Part shown: positions 1 through 11,011 of the stretch, one piece after another
Position numbering within the stretch: position 1 is the first letter of the stretch
How the letters are laid out: the number at the start of each line of letters is the position of its first letter
Source: Chiloscyllium plagiosum
Lineage: Eukaryota
Length of the DNA stretch: 26,903 nt
Direction of reading: 5' to 3'
Assembly (NCBI RefSeq): GCF_004010195.1
Contig: NC_057720.1
Location: 11,697,510 to 11,724,412, forward strand
The notes under the pieces: model-generated
What the model saw: only the letters and a program-made list of their open reading frames with translations
What the model was told of the DNA's origin: nothing
The model's database searches: none
Program-made: the position numbers and the translations under genes

Positions 1-117
1 GTCAGTTACTCAGCAGCCTCAGGAATGCTGGTTATTCTGCCTTGTCCATTTCCTGCTTCCTAGTCAGCTGGTGCCTCCACCTCTCACACTCCTTCATGCA
101 CATTGCACAAACAGCAC

Positions 118-431
118 AGGCGGCACGGTGGCTCAGTGGTTAGCACTGCTGCCTCACAGTACCAGAGACCCGGGTTCGATTCCAGCCTCAGGCAACTGTC
201 TGTGTGGAGTTTGCACATTCTCCCCATGTCTGCGTGGGTTTCCTCCGGGTGCTCCGGTTTCCTCCCACAGTCCAAAGATGTGCAGTTCAGGTGAATTGGA
301 CATGCTAAATTGCCCGTAGTGTTAGATGCGTTAGTCAGAGGGAAATGGGTCTGGGTAGGTTACTCTTCGGAGGGTCAGTGTGGACTTGTTGGGCCAAAAG
401 GCCTGTTTCCACTCTGTGGGGAATCTAATCT
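118..431 (+). mobile_element. HE1-like tRNA-derived V-SINE, near full length
   Basis: A box (TGGCTCAGTGG), B box (GGTTCGATTCC), V-domain (GTGTGGAGTTTGCACATTCTCCCC...GGTTTCCTCCCACAGTCCAAAGA), and a 3' tail similar to the CR1/HER1 LINE 3' ends in this window. Confidence 0.9.
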
Positions 432-515
432 TAAACCTTGGGTTCATGATAATCTCCGTTGCCACGCTCCTGTTTATACACCAAGATGTTCAGCCACTTA
501 CATTTCAGGTGCTTA

Positions 516-808
516 GGGAGGCAACAGCCTAATGGTGTTATCGCTGGACTGTTAACCTGTGAATCCTGCCATGACAGATGGTGGAATGTGAATTCAATAA
601 AAATCTGGAATTCAGAGTCTATTGTCAATTGTCAGGAAAGCCCCAGCTCATTATTAATGACCAGACCTGAAACTGTCATCCTGACCTGGTCTGGTCTACA
701 TGTGACTCCAGACCCACGGCAACATGTTAGACTCTCAACTGCCCTCTGGGCAATTAGGGACAGGCAATAAATGCTGCCTGGCCAGCAGCGCCCACACGCT
801 GTGAATTA
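516..808 (+). mobile_element. tRNA-derived SINE, second family (tail shared with the L2/CR1-like LINE at about 8.5-9.3 kb)
   Basis: Head GGGAGGCAA..GCCTA.TGG, body ACATGTGACTCCAGACCCAC and tail GGCAATAAATGCT..CCAGC recur at 3457-5949, 5960-6250, 6540-7345 and 24995-25330. Confidence 0.75.
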
Positions 809-914
809 AGTTCTCTTAAAAATTCTCTTAAAAATGAGTGCAGTAATCTTGCTGACTGAGGGGGCGTCATTCATCTCCTGCTCCTTCTGCTCCAGGTTGG
901 GCGGGACATTCGGG

Positions 915-1270
915 AACTTCGATGCTAGCTCTTTAGTTTGAGTCACAAGGGCAGAGATTCAAGTCACACTCCAGAGGCCTGAGCAGAAAAGTCCAGACTG
1001 GCAGCCCACAGCAATACTGAGGGAGGGTTGCCCTGCTGGAGGCGGCAACCTTTGGATGACACATCAAAACTATGCCCCACCTGCTCTTCTCAGATGGAAC
1101 ATACAATCCCTTGACAAACTACAATGAAATAGATATGGGGTCACTGTCAAACTGCAATTTGTGGGAAATTGCTGTGACTGTTTTCCTACATTACAAATGG
1201 CTATTTTGCAAAAGTAACATGCTTTGGGAAGTTCGGAGGTCACGAAAGGCACTACATAAATGCAGGCTTT
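915..1270 (+). mobile_element. DeuSINE-like (SacSINE1/AmnSINE1-type) old SINE
   Basis: Deu-domain/3' motifs TTTGTGGGAAATTGCTGTG, TTTCCTACATTACAA and GAAAGGCACTACATAAATGCA. Related copies occur elsewhere in the window. Confidence 0.65.
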
Positions 1271-2204
1271 AATTTCATGCTGCATTGAAGTGTCAGTCTG
1301 CATTAGGCACTCAGGTTTCTGCATAAGATGAACATGCAAATTTCTGACTCAGTGGTAATAATGCCATCACAGAGCCAAGCTGATCTACTGTACACACATT
1401 CAGGCTGAATTTAGCCAGAGTAATTTCGGTTTTCTTTGGTGTCTGAACTACAAGTATTTTCTAAGAAGCTAATGCCCCAGATCAGACACTTGCAGCAGAA
1501 AGTCACTTTCGCAGGTTGTAGAGGTTGAGAAATCACAGCCTGAAGCCCACCTTTGTCTTTAACCTAAATGGATGGGAAGCAGACACTTGAAGCTGTGAGC
1601 TCTCCCAAAGCACTTGCCCGATCAGGAACTAGCTCTGTATCTAAGTGCCACTGTCAATTTTCACCGGTTTTTTCTTTAAGTTCAAAATTCCAATTCATTA
1701 ATTGATCACAGATTGGAGGGAAACAAAAAATCATGCAGCAAGTTATTTGATTTAGTGGAGAAATGTCACAATTTTAAAATGGTCAGTCACCAACATGGTT
1801 TCACTCTGCGCACAGCTAATCAGCGCAGAAGAAACAAGGACAGGAACATAAATCTGGATTTTATTGAACATTTTGAATCATCCATTTCAACTCCAACATC
1901 TGGCCCAGAAGTTGTGGATTTGAGCGTAAATTCGAAGCTGACATTTTGTACAGCAATTAGAGCTACCAGATTGAATGTTAAAATAACGTTCAGGTTTTCC
2001 TGCACAAGTTTTGGCTCCTTTTGATTGCGATATTAAGAAAAGTTAAAAATTTGATCTTTTGTTAAGACTTAGCAATCGGTGCCACCATGCTCTATTGTCA
2101 TACAAAAATGTAGATATTTAACTTAGTAATAAAATAACAATAACAGTGCTGAACAATTATTATCCTTCACAAATTTACTAACAGTACACATACAAACAAG
2201 GTGA

Positions 2205-2805
2205 TCTCATTTGAAAGAAACAGGATTCTTAAGGGGCTTGGCAGGATAAATTCTGGGAGGATGTTTCCCCTCATGGGAGAGTCTAGGACCAGAGAGAACA
2301 GTCTCAGAATAAAGGGGTCAGTTTAAGACTGAAATGAGGAGGAATTTCTTCTTTCAGACGGTTGAGTGTCTTTGGAACTCCTTGCCACAGAGAGCTGTGG
2401 GAGCAGAGTTCCTGTGTATTTTTAAGGCTAAGTCAGAAGTCACAACATCAGGTTATAGTCCAACAGGTTATTTGAAATCACAAGCTTTCGGAGCGCTGAC
2501 CCAAGGTAACCTGATGAAGGAGTAGTGCTCCGAAAGCTTGTGATTTCAAATAAACCTGTTGGACTATAACCTGGTGACATGTGACTTCTGACCTTGTCTA
2601 CCCCAGTTCAACACCAGCACCCCCATCATACTTAAGGCTGAGATAGACAGATTCTTGATTAGTTGAAGAATCAACGGTTACAGGGAAAAGGCAGGAAAGT
2701 GAATATGATGAATGTCAATCACCCTGAATGATTGAACTGAATAGCGGAGCAGGCTCAAGGAGCCAAATGGCCTACTCCTGCTCCTATTCCTTGGGGTCTT
2801 ATGGA
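2205..2805 (+). mobile_element. CR1-like LINE 3' end, split by a hairpin element at 2430-2631
   Basis: ORF2 C-terminal remnant RRNFF...LWNSLPQRAV...IFKA|EIDRFLIS and 3' UTR GGCCTACTCCTGCTCCTATT. Confidence 0.8.
2430..2631 (+). mobile_element. Penelope-type inverted-repeat (hairpin) element, family A, with hammerhead motif
   Basis: About 63-bp inverted arms (2432-2494 / 2527-2592), a 39-nt unpaired tail and TSD TTAAGGCT (2422-2429 / 2632-2639). Motif CTGATGA-A-GGAGT-AGT-GCTCC-GAAAGCTT at 2511-2539. No protein remnant, so the PLE assignment is by architecture. Confidence 0.75.
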
Positions 2806-3096
2806 TGAAACGATGTTCTTTTTAAACCGTAGGTTCTAACTGCTTTTTGCCAGAAGAAAGAGTGCACAGTATGCAGAAGATCTCACAGCAGACAGCAGCA
2901 GCTACATGAACAGATGTGAGAGACAATTAATAGCTTTCTGCTAAATCAACTGACGAAGGCACAGAATAATGGGCTATGTGCCTGCACTCGCTCCAGGAGC
3001 TCTACCTGCAAGCACCATTGCCTCTAGGGCTGTCCGACTGTGAATCATTCCAGCCTGAAACAGTGAACTAAGACAGCAGTGTGCTCAATCCTTTAC

Positions 3097-3193
3097 CTTC
3101 GCTTTTGCCACATCTGCTCGAAGGCATCGCCAAGTTCAATATTTGTAATTTCCTCAGAATCCTGGAATTTCAGGAAACCATTGCCTCCGTGTC
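3097..3193 (-). CDS. PIGK: PIGK coding exon 6, (G)HGGNGFLKFQDSEEITNIELGDAFEQMWQKR(R); gene continues beyond the left edge
   Basis: 97 bp with acceptor attaaag| and donor |gtaaag. The GHGG motif carries the catalytic His (human H164; H169 in this model). Confidence 0.98.
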
Positions 3194-3550
3194 CTTTAAT
3201 TTAATGAAAAAAAAATCATAGGCAAACAAATGATATGATGCACCTGCAAACAGGCCCTTGTGTTTAAGTCAGAAAACTGAGAACAAATCTAACGTTAGGA
3301 AAATCAAATTGCAGCACCCATCATGGTGTGTCCAGATGAGACATTACACTACAATTGGTCTACTTGTTCATGTTTATTCTGATTATAAGAAGATGGTGGC
3401 ATAGTGGCAATGTCACTGGATTGATAATCCAGATGTTAACACCCTAAAGACACAAGGGGAGGCAATGGCCTAGTGACACTGTCGCTGGTCTGTTAATCCT
3501 GAGACTCAGAAAATGCTTTTGGGAACCTGGGTTCAAATCCTGCTAAGGCA

Positions 3551-3761
3551 CATAGAGTCATAGAAATGTACAGCATGGAAACAGACCCTTCAGTCCAACC
3601 TGTCCATGCCGACCAGATATCCCAATCCAATCTAGTCCCACCTGCCAGCACCCGGCCCATATCCCTCCAAACCCTTCCTTTTAATATACCCATCCAGATG
3701 CCTTTTAAATGTTGTAATTGTACCAGTCTCCACCACATCCTCTGGCAGATAATTCTATACA
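3551..3761 (-). mobile_element. HER1/CR1-like LINE 3' end
   Basis: Reverse complement of the LINE 3' end seen at 17220-17400 and 24060-24270, ending in the (CTATGACT)n-type tail. Confidence 0.88.
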
Positions 3762-3944
3762 CGGTGGATGATATTCAGTAAAAAAAATCTGGAATTAAGT
3801 CTAATGATAATTAACAAACCATTGCCGATTGTCAGAAAAACCCATCTGGTTCACTAATGTCCTTGCAGGAAGGAAACTGTCATCGTTAACTAGTATGGCC
3901 TACATGTGAGTCCAGACCCACAGCAATGTTATAACTGGTCTTTA

Positions 3945-5800
3945 AAAGTTAGCCACGAAAGACCTAAAGAGAGAGCTAAGAACAGCCAGAATGGGACATG
4001 AGAAGTCATTGGCGAATAGGATCAAGGAATCCCCTAATGCATTCTAAAGGTTTTTCAGGAATAAAAGAACGACTAGACTAAGATTAGGGCCAATGAAGGA
4101 TAGTACTGGGAAGTTGTGCATGGGTCTGAAGAGACAGGGGAAGCACTAAATGAACATTTTTTGTCTGTATTCACAATAGAAAAAGATAATGTGGTCAGGG
4201 AGAATACGGAGATACAGGCAACGAGACTAGATGGGATTGAAGTTCACAAGGAGCAGGTGTTAATAATTCTTGAAAGTGTAAAAATAGGTTAGTCCCCTGG
4301 GCCAGATGGGATTTATCCTAGGATTCTCTTGAAAGCAGGGAGGAGATTGCAGAGCCTTTGGCTTTGATCTTAATGCCGTCATTATCTACAGGAACAGTGC
4401 CAGAAGACTGAAGGATAGCAAATGTTGTTCCCTTGTTCAAGAAGGGGAGTAGAGCTAACCCTGGTAATTATAGACCTGTGAGCCTTACTTTGGTTGTGGG
4501 TAAAGTGTTAGAAAGAATTATTACAGATAGGATTTATAACCATTTAGAGAGGAATAAGTTGATTTGGGATAGTCAACACGGTTTTGTGAAGGGTAGGTCA
4601 TGCCTCACAAACTTTATTGAGCTCTTTGAGATGGTGACAAAACAGATGGATGAGGGTAAAGCAGTTGATATGCTGTACATTGATTTCAATAACGCATTTG
4701 ATAGGCTATTGCACAAAATACAGAGGCATGGGCTTGAGGGTGATTTAGCAGTTTGAATCAGAAATTGGCTTGCTGAAAGAAGACAGAGAGCGGTGGTTGA
4801 TGGGAAATATTCATCCTGGAGTTCAGTTAGTAGTGGTGTACCGCAAGGATCCATTTTAGGTCCACTGTTGTTCGTCATTTTTATAAATGACCTGGATGGG
4901 TTAGTAAATTTGTGGATGACACTAAGGTCGGGAGAGTTGTGGATAGTGATGAAGAATTTTGTAGGTTACAGAGAGACATAAATAAGTTGCAGAGCTGGGC
5001 TGAGAGGTGACAAATGGAGTTTAATGCGGAAAGATGTGAGGTGGTTCACTTTGGAAGGAGTAACAGGAATGCAGAGTACTGCGCTAATGGTAAGACTCTT
5101 AGTAGTATAGATGAGCAGAGAGATCTCAGTGCCTCACAGATCCTTGAAAGTTGCCTTGGTTGATAAAGTTGTTAAGAAGGCATACAGTGTGTTAGCTTTT
5201 ATTGGTAGAGGGATTGAGTTTTGGAACCATGAGGTCATGCTGCAGCTGTACAAAACTCTGGTGCTGCCGCACTCGGAGTATTGTGTACAGTTCTGGTCAC
5301 CGCATTATAAGAAGGATGTGGAAGCTTTGGAAAGGGTGCAGAGGAGATTTATCAGGATGTTACCTGGTATGGAGGGAAGATCTTACGAGGAAAGGCTGAG
5401 GGACTTGAGATTGTTTTCGTTAGAGAGAGGAAGGTTGAGAGGTGACTTAATTGAGACAAATAAGATAATCAGAGGGTTAGAGACGGTGGACAGTGAGAGC
5501 CTTTTTTCCTCAGATGGCGATAGCTAGCATAAGGGGACATAGCTTTAAATTGAGGGGTGACAGATATAGGACAAATATCAGAGGTAGTTTCTATACTCAG
5601 AGAATAGTAGGGGTGTGGAAGACACTGCCTGCAAAAGTAGTAAACTCACCAACTTTAAGGGCATTTAAATGGTCATTGGATAGGCATATGGACAAGAATG
5701 GAATAGTGCAGGTCAGATAGGCTTCAGATTGGTTTCACAGGTCGGTGCAACATCGAGGGCTGAAGGGTCTGTACTATGCTGTAATGTTCTGTGTTCTAAT
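3945..5800 (+). mobile_element. 5'-truncated CR1-type LINE, degenerate reverse transcriptase ORF2
   Basis: [62 protein letters not shown] and RLRGDLIE, with multiple stops and frameshifts. Confidence 0.93.
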
Positions 5801-5802
5801 GT

Positions 5803-5890
5803 TTACCTGATGAAGGAGCAGCACTCCAAAAACCTGTGATTTCAAATAAACCTGTTGGACTATAACCTGGTGTTGTGTGACTTCCGACAG
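5803..5890 (+). mobile_element. Single arm of family A Penelope-type element with decayed hammerhead motif
   Basis: Matches 2509-2592. The core reads CTGATGA-A-GGAGC-AGC-ACTCC-AAAA, with G of GAAA mutated. Confidence 0.75.
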
Positions 5891-5959
5891 TTAGGGATGG
5901 GCAATAAATACTGGCCTAGCCAGTGAAAACCTCATCCTGTGAATGAATTACAAAACAAA

Positions 5960-6250
5960 AGGCTCAGGTCTTACCATGGCAGCTGGCGAAACTTTGATTC
6001 AATTCATAAGTCAGGAATTTAAAACTAGTCTCAATGATGGTGACCGTCATAATCGCAAACCGTCATAAAAAACTCACCTGCTTCACTCCTATCCTTGAGA
6101 AAAGGAAATCTACCCAATCCCAACCCAGTCTGGCTGACATGTGACTTCAGACACATAGTAATGCGGTTGACAGCCCTCTGAAATGACCTGTGGTACTCAC
6201 ACTGGGGACCGGCAACAAATACTGGCAGTATCCCCATCCCATGAAAGAAT
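5960..6250 (-). mobile_element. Second-family SINE-related copy (tail similar to 516-808; orientation of parts mixed/uncertain)
   Basis: ACATGTGACTTCAGACACATAG and GGCAACAAATACTGGC motifs are shared with 516-808 and read on the + strand. Boundaries and strand are approximate. Confidence 0.4.
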
Positions 6251-6306
6251 TTTGTTTTTTTAAAATGATGACATTGAAAATTTAATGGGAAGGCATTCCC
6301 AAGAAT

Positions 6307-6540
6307 AAACAAACACAGAGATTGCTATGAGCAGCCCAGCAGGTCTGGCAGGATCTCTGCAGAAAAAAACAGAGTTAACATTTTGAGTCCTGGGACCCGT
6401 CTTCAGAACTCTGAACAGGACCTGCAACATTAACTCTGCTTTCTCTCTACGAATGCTGTCAGACCTGCTGAGTGGCCCATAGCAATCTTGATTTTTGTTT
6501 GTTTCAGATCTCCTGCATCCACAATTCTTGGTTTGATTTT
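6307..6540. mobile_element. Penelope-type hairpin element, family D, with decayed hammerhead motif
   Basis: Inverted arms (GAGATTGCTATG...CAGCAGGTCTGGCAG...CAGAGTTAA / TTAACTCTG...CTGTCAGACCTGCTG...CATAGCAATCTT) plus an approximately 36-nt tail. Minus strand 6409-6374 reads GTT-CTGAAGA-C-GGGTC-CCAG-GACTC-AAAATGTT-AAC. Confidence 0.7.
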
Positions 6541-7345
6541 AGGTATATATGGGAAGTGGTCACAGCTGACAAGACCAGCATGTTCTCCATCCATCAAGGG
6601 GAGTTAAAAATCAACCAAGTTGCTATGGGCTTGGGGTCACATTTAGGTCAAACCAGGGAGACACAAAGTCATAGAGATATACAGCATGGAAACAGGTCCT
6701 TCAGTCTAACTCATCAATGCCGATCAAACATCCTAACCTAATCTAGTCCCACTTACCAGCACTTGGCCCATATTCCTTCAAACCCTTCCTGATATATACC
6801 TGCCCAGATGCCTTTTAAATGTCGTAATTGCATCAGTGTCCACAACTTCCTCTGGCAGCTCATTCTACATAGGCACCATCCTCTGCGTGAAAAAGTTGCC
6901 CCTTTGGTCCCTTTTATGTCTTTCCCCTCTCACCCTGAACCTATGCCCTCTAATTTGGGACTCTGCCCCCATCCCAGGGAAAAGACTTTGTCTACTTATC
7001 TTATCCATGCCCCTCATGATTTTATAAACCTCTATAAGGTCACCCCTCAGCCTCCAACGCTCCAGGGAAAACAGCCCCAGTCTATTCAGCCTCTCCCTAC
7101 AGCTCAAATCCTGACAACATGACAGATTTCCATTTTTGATGGATGTTGGCTGACCACATGGATTTTTATGATAATCGACGATAATTTCTTGCTTACATGA
7201 CCAGCTCTAAATTTTAGATTTTTTAAATTAAAAACTAATTTAAATTCCACCAGCTGCAAGGGTGGGATTTGAACCCATGCCCTCAAAACATTAGTCTGGG
7301 CCTCTGCATTACTGCTCCAGCCTCTTTACCATTATGGCACCATCT
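6540..7345 (-). mobile_element. Second-family SINE (minus) interrupted by a LINE at 6667-7110
   Basis: Tail/body pieces at 6540-6660 and body/head at 7115-7345 (reverse B box GGGATTTGAACCC) flank the LINE. Confidence 0.55.
6667..7110 (-). mobile_element. HER1/CR1-like LINE 3' fragment
   Basis: ERLNRLGLFSLERWRLRGDLIEVYKIMRG...RGNFFTQR plus the conserved 3' UTR. Confidence 0.92.
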
Positions 7346-7579
7346 TCACAGTGGTGTTAGCATTCAGAAGGATGATCATGTTTGCTCATTACATGCATCA
7401 TCTAAGATCTGGCAACAATTATCTTTTATTTCATATTTTCATCAGTTCATAGTAAAACAATTCCTCCAGGTTTCTTAAAAAATCTGCAATCAGAAGTGTT
7501 TAACTATCAATCACAGCCCGACGAGACTGTATTAAGTGGGCCAGTGTATGGTCCAGCCATACCATGAAAGACATCAAAA

Positions 7580-7945
7580 CAGAAGATGAATTTATGTAGC
7601 GCCTTTCAAAAATACCATGGAGCCCTGAGGTTTTACAGCCAATAGAGCACTTTTTGGGTGTAGTCACTGTTGGTAACAAAGGAAACTCAACAGTTAATCT
7701 ACACATAGCAAGCACACACAAATAACAATCAGATAATGACTGGATATTCTGTTTTAGGCTTTAGGGACAAATCTTGGCCAAGAAACAGAGCGGAACCTCC
7801 ACTCCAAGCAGCACCTTGGGATCTTTAGCTTGGACCTTCAAAGTAAGAGAGGGTTAACATCTTATCCAAAAGGCAGGGTTTTTGACAGTGCGACACTCCC
7901 TCACTATTGCAATGAAGTCAGCCTTGAATTTGTATTCAAAAGCCA
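7580..7945 (-). mobile_element. DeuSINE-like old SINE
   Basis: Reverse complement of the 915-1270 motifs (ATTTATGTAGCGCCTTTC, TTTACAGCCAAT, GTAGTCACTGTTG, ACTCCCTCA). Confidence 0.6.
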
Positions 7946-8204
7946 CTGGAGGTAGGCAACTGCAGTCCTCACTTTCTCCATCTTAGATGGAAGCTCCAAA
8001 ATGTTTGTAACAGTCAGAGTCCAGACACTGGTTCAGCATTCTTACACTGTGGACTATCTTGGTGTCCTCCACACTTAGCACCTATCTCTTCACATGGTGG
8101 AAGGTGAGTCTTTAAAGAGGCATGGTTTGGTCTATGCAATACCATACCCCTGTGCAATGACAGAAAATTCCTCGATTATAAGTAACCAAGAATGACCCAA
8201 AAGA

Positions 8205-8470
8205 GTGGCATGCTGGCTCAGTGGTTAGCGCTACTGCCTCACAGCTCCAGGGACCCAAGTTCAATTTTGCACATTCTCCCAGTATCTGCGTGGGTTTCCT
8301 CTGGGTGCTCCGGTTTCCTCCCACAGTCACAAAGATATACAGTTTAAGTGGCCATGGGAAATGCAGAATTACAGGGACCAGATATCGACTGAGTCTAGGG
8401 GCCTGCTCTTCAGAGAGTTGGTGTGGGCTGAATGACTTGCTTCCATGCTGTAGGTATTCTATGATTCTAA
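8205..8470 (+). mobile_element. HE1-like V-SINE with internal deletions
   Basis: A box, V-domain and GGTATTCTATGATTCTA tail. Confidence 0.85.
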
Positions 8471-8479
8471 AAATGGTAG

Positions 8480-9302
8480 GTTATAGAAGGTATCAAGGAT
8501 CCGAGCAAAACTCATGTCGATGGGTATCAAGGGGAAAACTCTCCAATGACTGGACTCACGCTGAGCAGAAAGGAAGGTGGTCGTGGTTATTGGAGGTCAG
8601 TCTTTTCAGCCCCAGGACATCTCTGCAAGAGTTCCTCAGTATAATGGCTAGGCCACCCATTTTCAGCAATTTCATCAATGGGCTTCCCTCTATCATAAGG
8701 TCATGGGTAGAGTGTTTGCTCACGATGACACAATATTCAGCACCCTTTGCAACTCCTCAGCTACTGAAGCAGTCAATGTCACAATGCAGCACATCCTGGA
8801 CAATACTGGGCTGATCAGTGGCACACAGCATTCACATTCACACAATGTCAAGCAATGACCATCTCCAACAAGAGGCAATCTAACTAATGCTCTTGATATT
8901 CGATGGCATTAGCACCACTGAATCACCCACCACCGACATCCTAGTCAAGTACTCACTCTCTCCATCACCAACACTCACTGACAGTGGCACGTACCATCTA
9001 CAAAATGGACTGCAGGAACTCACCAAGGCTTCTTCCAAACCCACGACCACTGCTCCATAGAAGGACAGACAGCAGATATTTGGGAACACCATCAGCTGCA
9101 GGTTACCCTCCAGGCCACTCATCATCCGGACTTGGAAAAACACCACTATTACTTCAGTGTCACTGGATCAAAGTCCTGGAACTCAATCTCCAAAAGCACC
9201 TATTCCACATGGGCCACAGCAGCTCAAGAAAGCAGCTCACGCCTTCTCAAGAACCAATAGAGATGGGCGCCATTGATGCGCACATTCCTTGAACGAATAA
9301 AA
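8480..9302 (+). mobile_element. Old L2/CR1-superfamily LINE 3' fragment (degenerate RT and 3' UTR)
   Basis: Remnants GIKGKTLQ, VVIGGQSFQPQDISARVPQ, PPIFSNFINGLPS and VFAHDDT. The 3' end resembles the second-family SINE tail. Confidence 0.75.
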
Positions 9303-9379
9303 AGCTGAGCATAACTATGGCTTGTTAGTACAGACAGGGGAAAAGCACTGAATGCACTGTGGACTGAACGAATCACTTC

Positions 9380-9785
9380 TGGACAGTGTCGGCTCAGTTG
9401 GTCACATCCCTTAGAATGCTGCAATATCAAGTCCCATTCCAGGGATTTGAATGCAAAACTCGAAGTCAGCAACTCTGGTGCAGAACTATGAAGTGGCCCG
9501 TTATCAAAGCTACTGGCTTTACGTGAAGATGGCTCTTTAAGGTAGCTGTAAAAAAATATCCCATAGCATGGTTTGAAAACAAGAGATAGGTCATTCCTGG
9601 GATCCTGCCAAAATGCTTTTTCCTAAATCTGAACCACCGAGTGAGACTGTAAGGCCATTATCAGATTGCTGAATGTGGTGCAAATTGGCAACATGTTTCC
9701 TACACCATGATCACACTTCAAAAGTACTTCAGCAGTTGTAAATTGGTTTGAGAATTCTGCAGATGTTGAACTCTGCTTTCTTTCT
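9380..9785 (+). mobile_element. DeuSINE-like old SINE
   Basis: ATCCCATAGCA, CAAATTGGC and TTTCCTACA...CACTTCAAAAGTACTTCA motifs. Confidence 0.55.
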
Positions 9786-9840
9786 TGCTGGTGCAATGTT
9801 TAGAAAGCCCTCCACCCACCCCCTCAACCTTCATTCCTAC

Positions 9841-9952
9841 CCGTCATGTAGATGAGAACGTTACTCCTGTCATCTGAAAGCAGGCGCTTGGATCGGGGAG
9901 TGCTGGGAGGGAGCCGGCCTGTCAGCACCCGTAAGAAGTTTTCAACAGTGAC
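9841..9952 (-). CDS. PIGK: PIGK coding exon 5, VTVENFLRVLTGRLPPSTPRSKRLLSDDRSNVLIYMT(G)
   Basis: 112 bp with acceptor ttctcag| and donor |gtagga. Frame is continuous with exons 4 and 6. Confidence 0.98.
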
Positions 9953-10028
9953 CTGAGAAGAAAGCAGAAATAACTGAAACCCAGTTCTCCCCAGAGTCCT
10001 GGCCCATATCCCTCCTTCAAACCAACAT

Positions 10029-10713
10029 GGGGTGGCACGGTTGCTCAGTGATTAGCACTTCTGCCTCACAGTGCCCGAGACCCAAATTCAATTCTAGTTT
10101 TGGGTGACTATGCAAACTCCACACAGACATTATACCTGTGTTTGTATGGGTTTCCTCTGAGTGCTCAAGTTTCCTCCCACAGTCCAAAGATGTGCAAGTA
10201 AGGTGAATTTGTCATGCTAAATTGTCCATGGCATTCATGGATGTGCACGTTAGGCAGATTAACCATGCTAAAATTGTCCATGGTGCTCATGGATGTGCAC
10301 ATTAGGTGGATTGACTATGCTAAATTGCCCATGGCGTTCACGGATGTGCACATTAGGTGAATTGGTCATGCTAAATTGTCCATGGTGCTCATGGATGTGC
10401 ACATTAGGTAGATTGACCATGCTAAATTGCCCATGGCGTTCATGGATGTGCACATTAGGTGAATTGGTCATGCTAAATTGTCCATGGCGTTCATGGATGT
10501 GCACATTAGGTAGATTGACCATGCTAAATTGTCCATGGTGCTCATGGATGTGCACATTAGGTAGAATGACTATGCTAAATTGCCCATGGTTGTGCACGTT
10601 AGGGTGGTTTACAGGAATAGGATAGGTACTGGGTCTGGGTGGTATGCCATTCAGAGGGTCAGTGTATACTCGATGGACCGAATGGCCTGTTTCCACACTG
10701 TAGGGATCCTATG
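10029..10713 (+). mobile_element. HE1-like V-SINE with internal 51-bp minisatellite expansion and a micro-inversion
   Basis: A/B boxes at 10029-10095, V-domain, about 8 tandem units at 10189-10588, and a normal tail to 10713. Confidence 0.9.
10189..10588 (+). repeat. 51-bp tandem repeat, about 8 copies (GATGTGCACATTAGGT.GATTG..CATGCTAAATTG.CCATGG...TCATG)
   Basis: Units start at 10189, 10240, 10292, 10343, 10394, 10445, 10496 and 10547. This explains the 17-aa periodic ORFs in the track. Confidence 0.95.
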
Positions 10714-11011
10714 ATATCAGCAGTAAAGTAGACCATGATTTGTCACATTCACAATTTGAGAGACCAGGGTGCTGCTGTGATGGGGGTTATTTACAAAAGA
10801 TGTTCATCTGGTGATCAGCCCTGAGCAGAGGAAGCCTAACTGAAAGGAATGGAGTGAATTCCCCAAATGTATTTTATACAGAGGCCCAATCAGATTCCAA
10901 CCTAGGTCCCAAAGGACAGTATCCATCCCACCAAGTTCCATAAATGAAACAGTTGCTCAATAAAGCTCAAAAAAGTGTGGAAATTTTCACTCCAGCAAAG
11001 AGCTCCCTGAC

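Larger units (their letters stand above)
3457..5949 (+). mobile_element. Second-family SINE split by three later insertions
   Basis: Head 3457-3550, body 3762-3940 and tail 5889-5949 are collinear with the intact copy at 516-808. Confidence 0.7.

Noticed and set aside
118..190. tRNA gene at SINE heads (also 8205, 10029, 22016, 23730, 25728)
   Set aside because: A/B boxes run straight into SINE bodies and do not form a complete cloverleaf.
1713..2024. 103-aa ORF in intron 6
   Set aside because: Non-ATG start, no recognisable homology, and no splice context.
1..3096. PIGK exon 7 (YNELLFIIDTCQ..., catalytic Cys)
   Set aside because: No matching minus-strand sequence found. It presumably lies left of the window, so the gene is partial here rather than a pseudogene.
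8221..8814. 197-aa ORF
   Set aside because: Chance read-through across a SINE and an out-of-frame degenerate LINE.
10189..10600. CRISPR-like array or repeat-protein ORFs (10268-10696, 10293-10625)
   Set aside because: Head-to-tail units with no unique spacers, derived from SINE sequence in a vertebrate intron.
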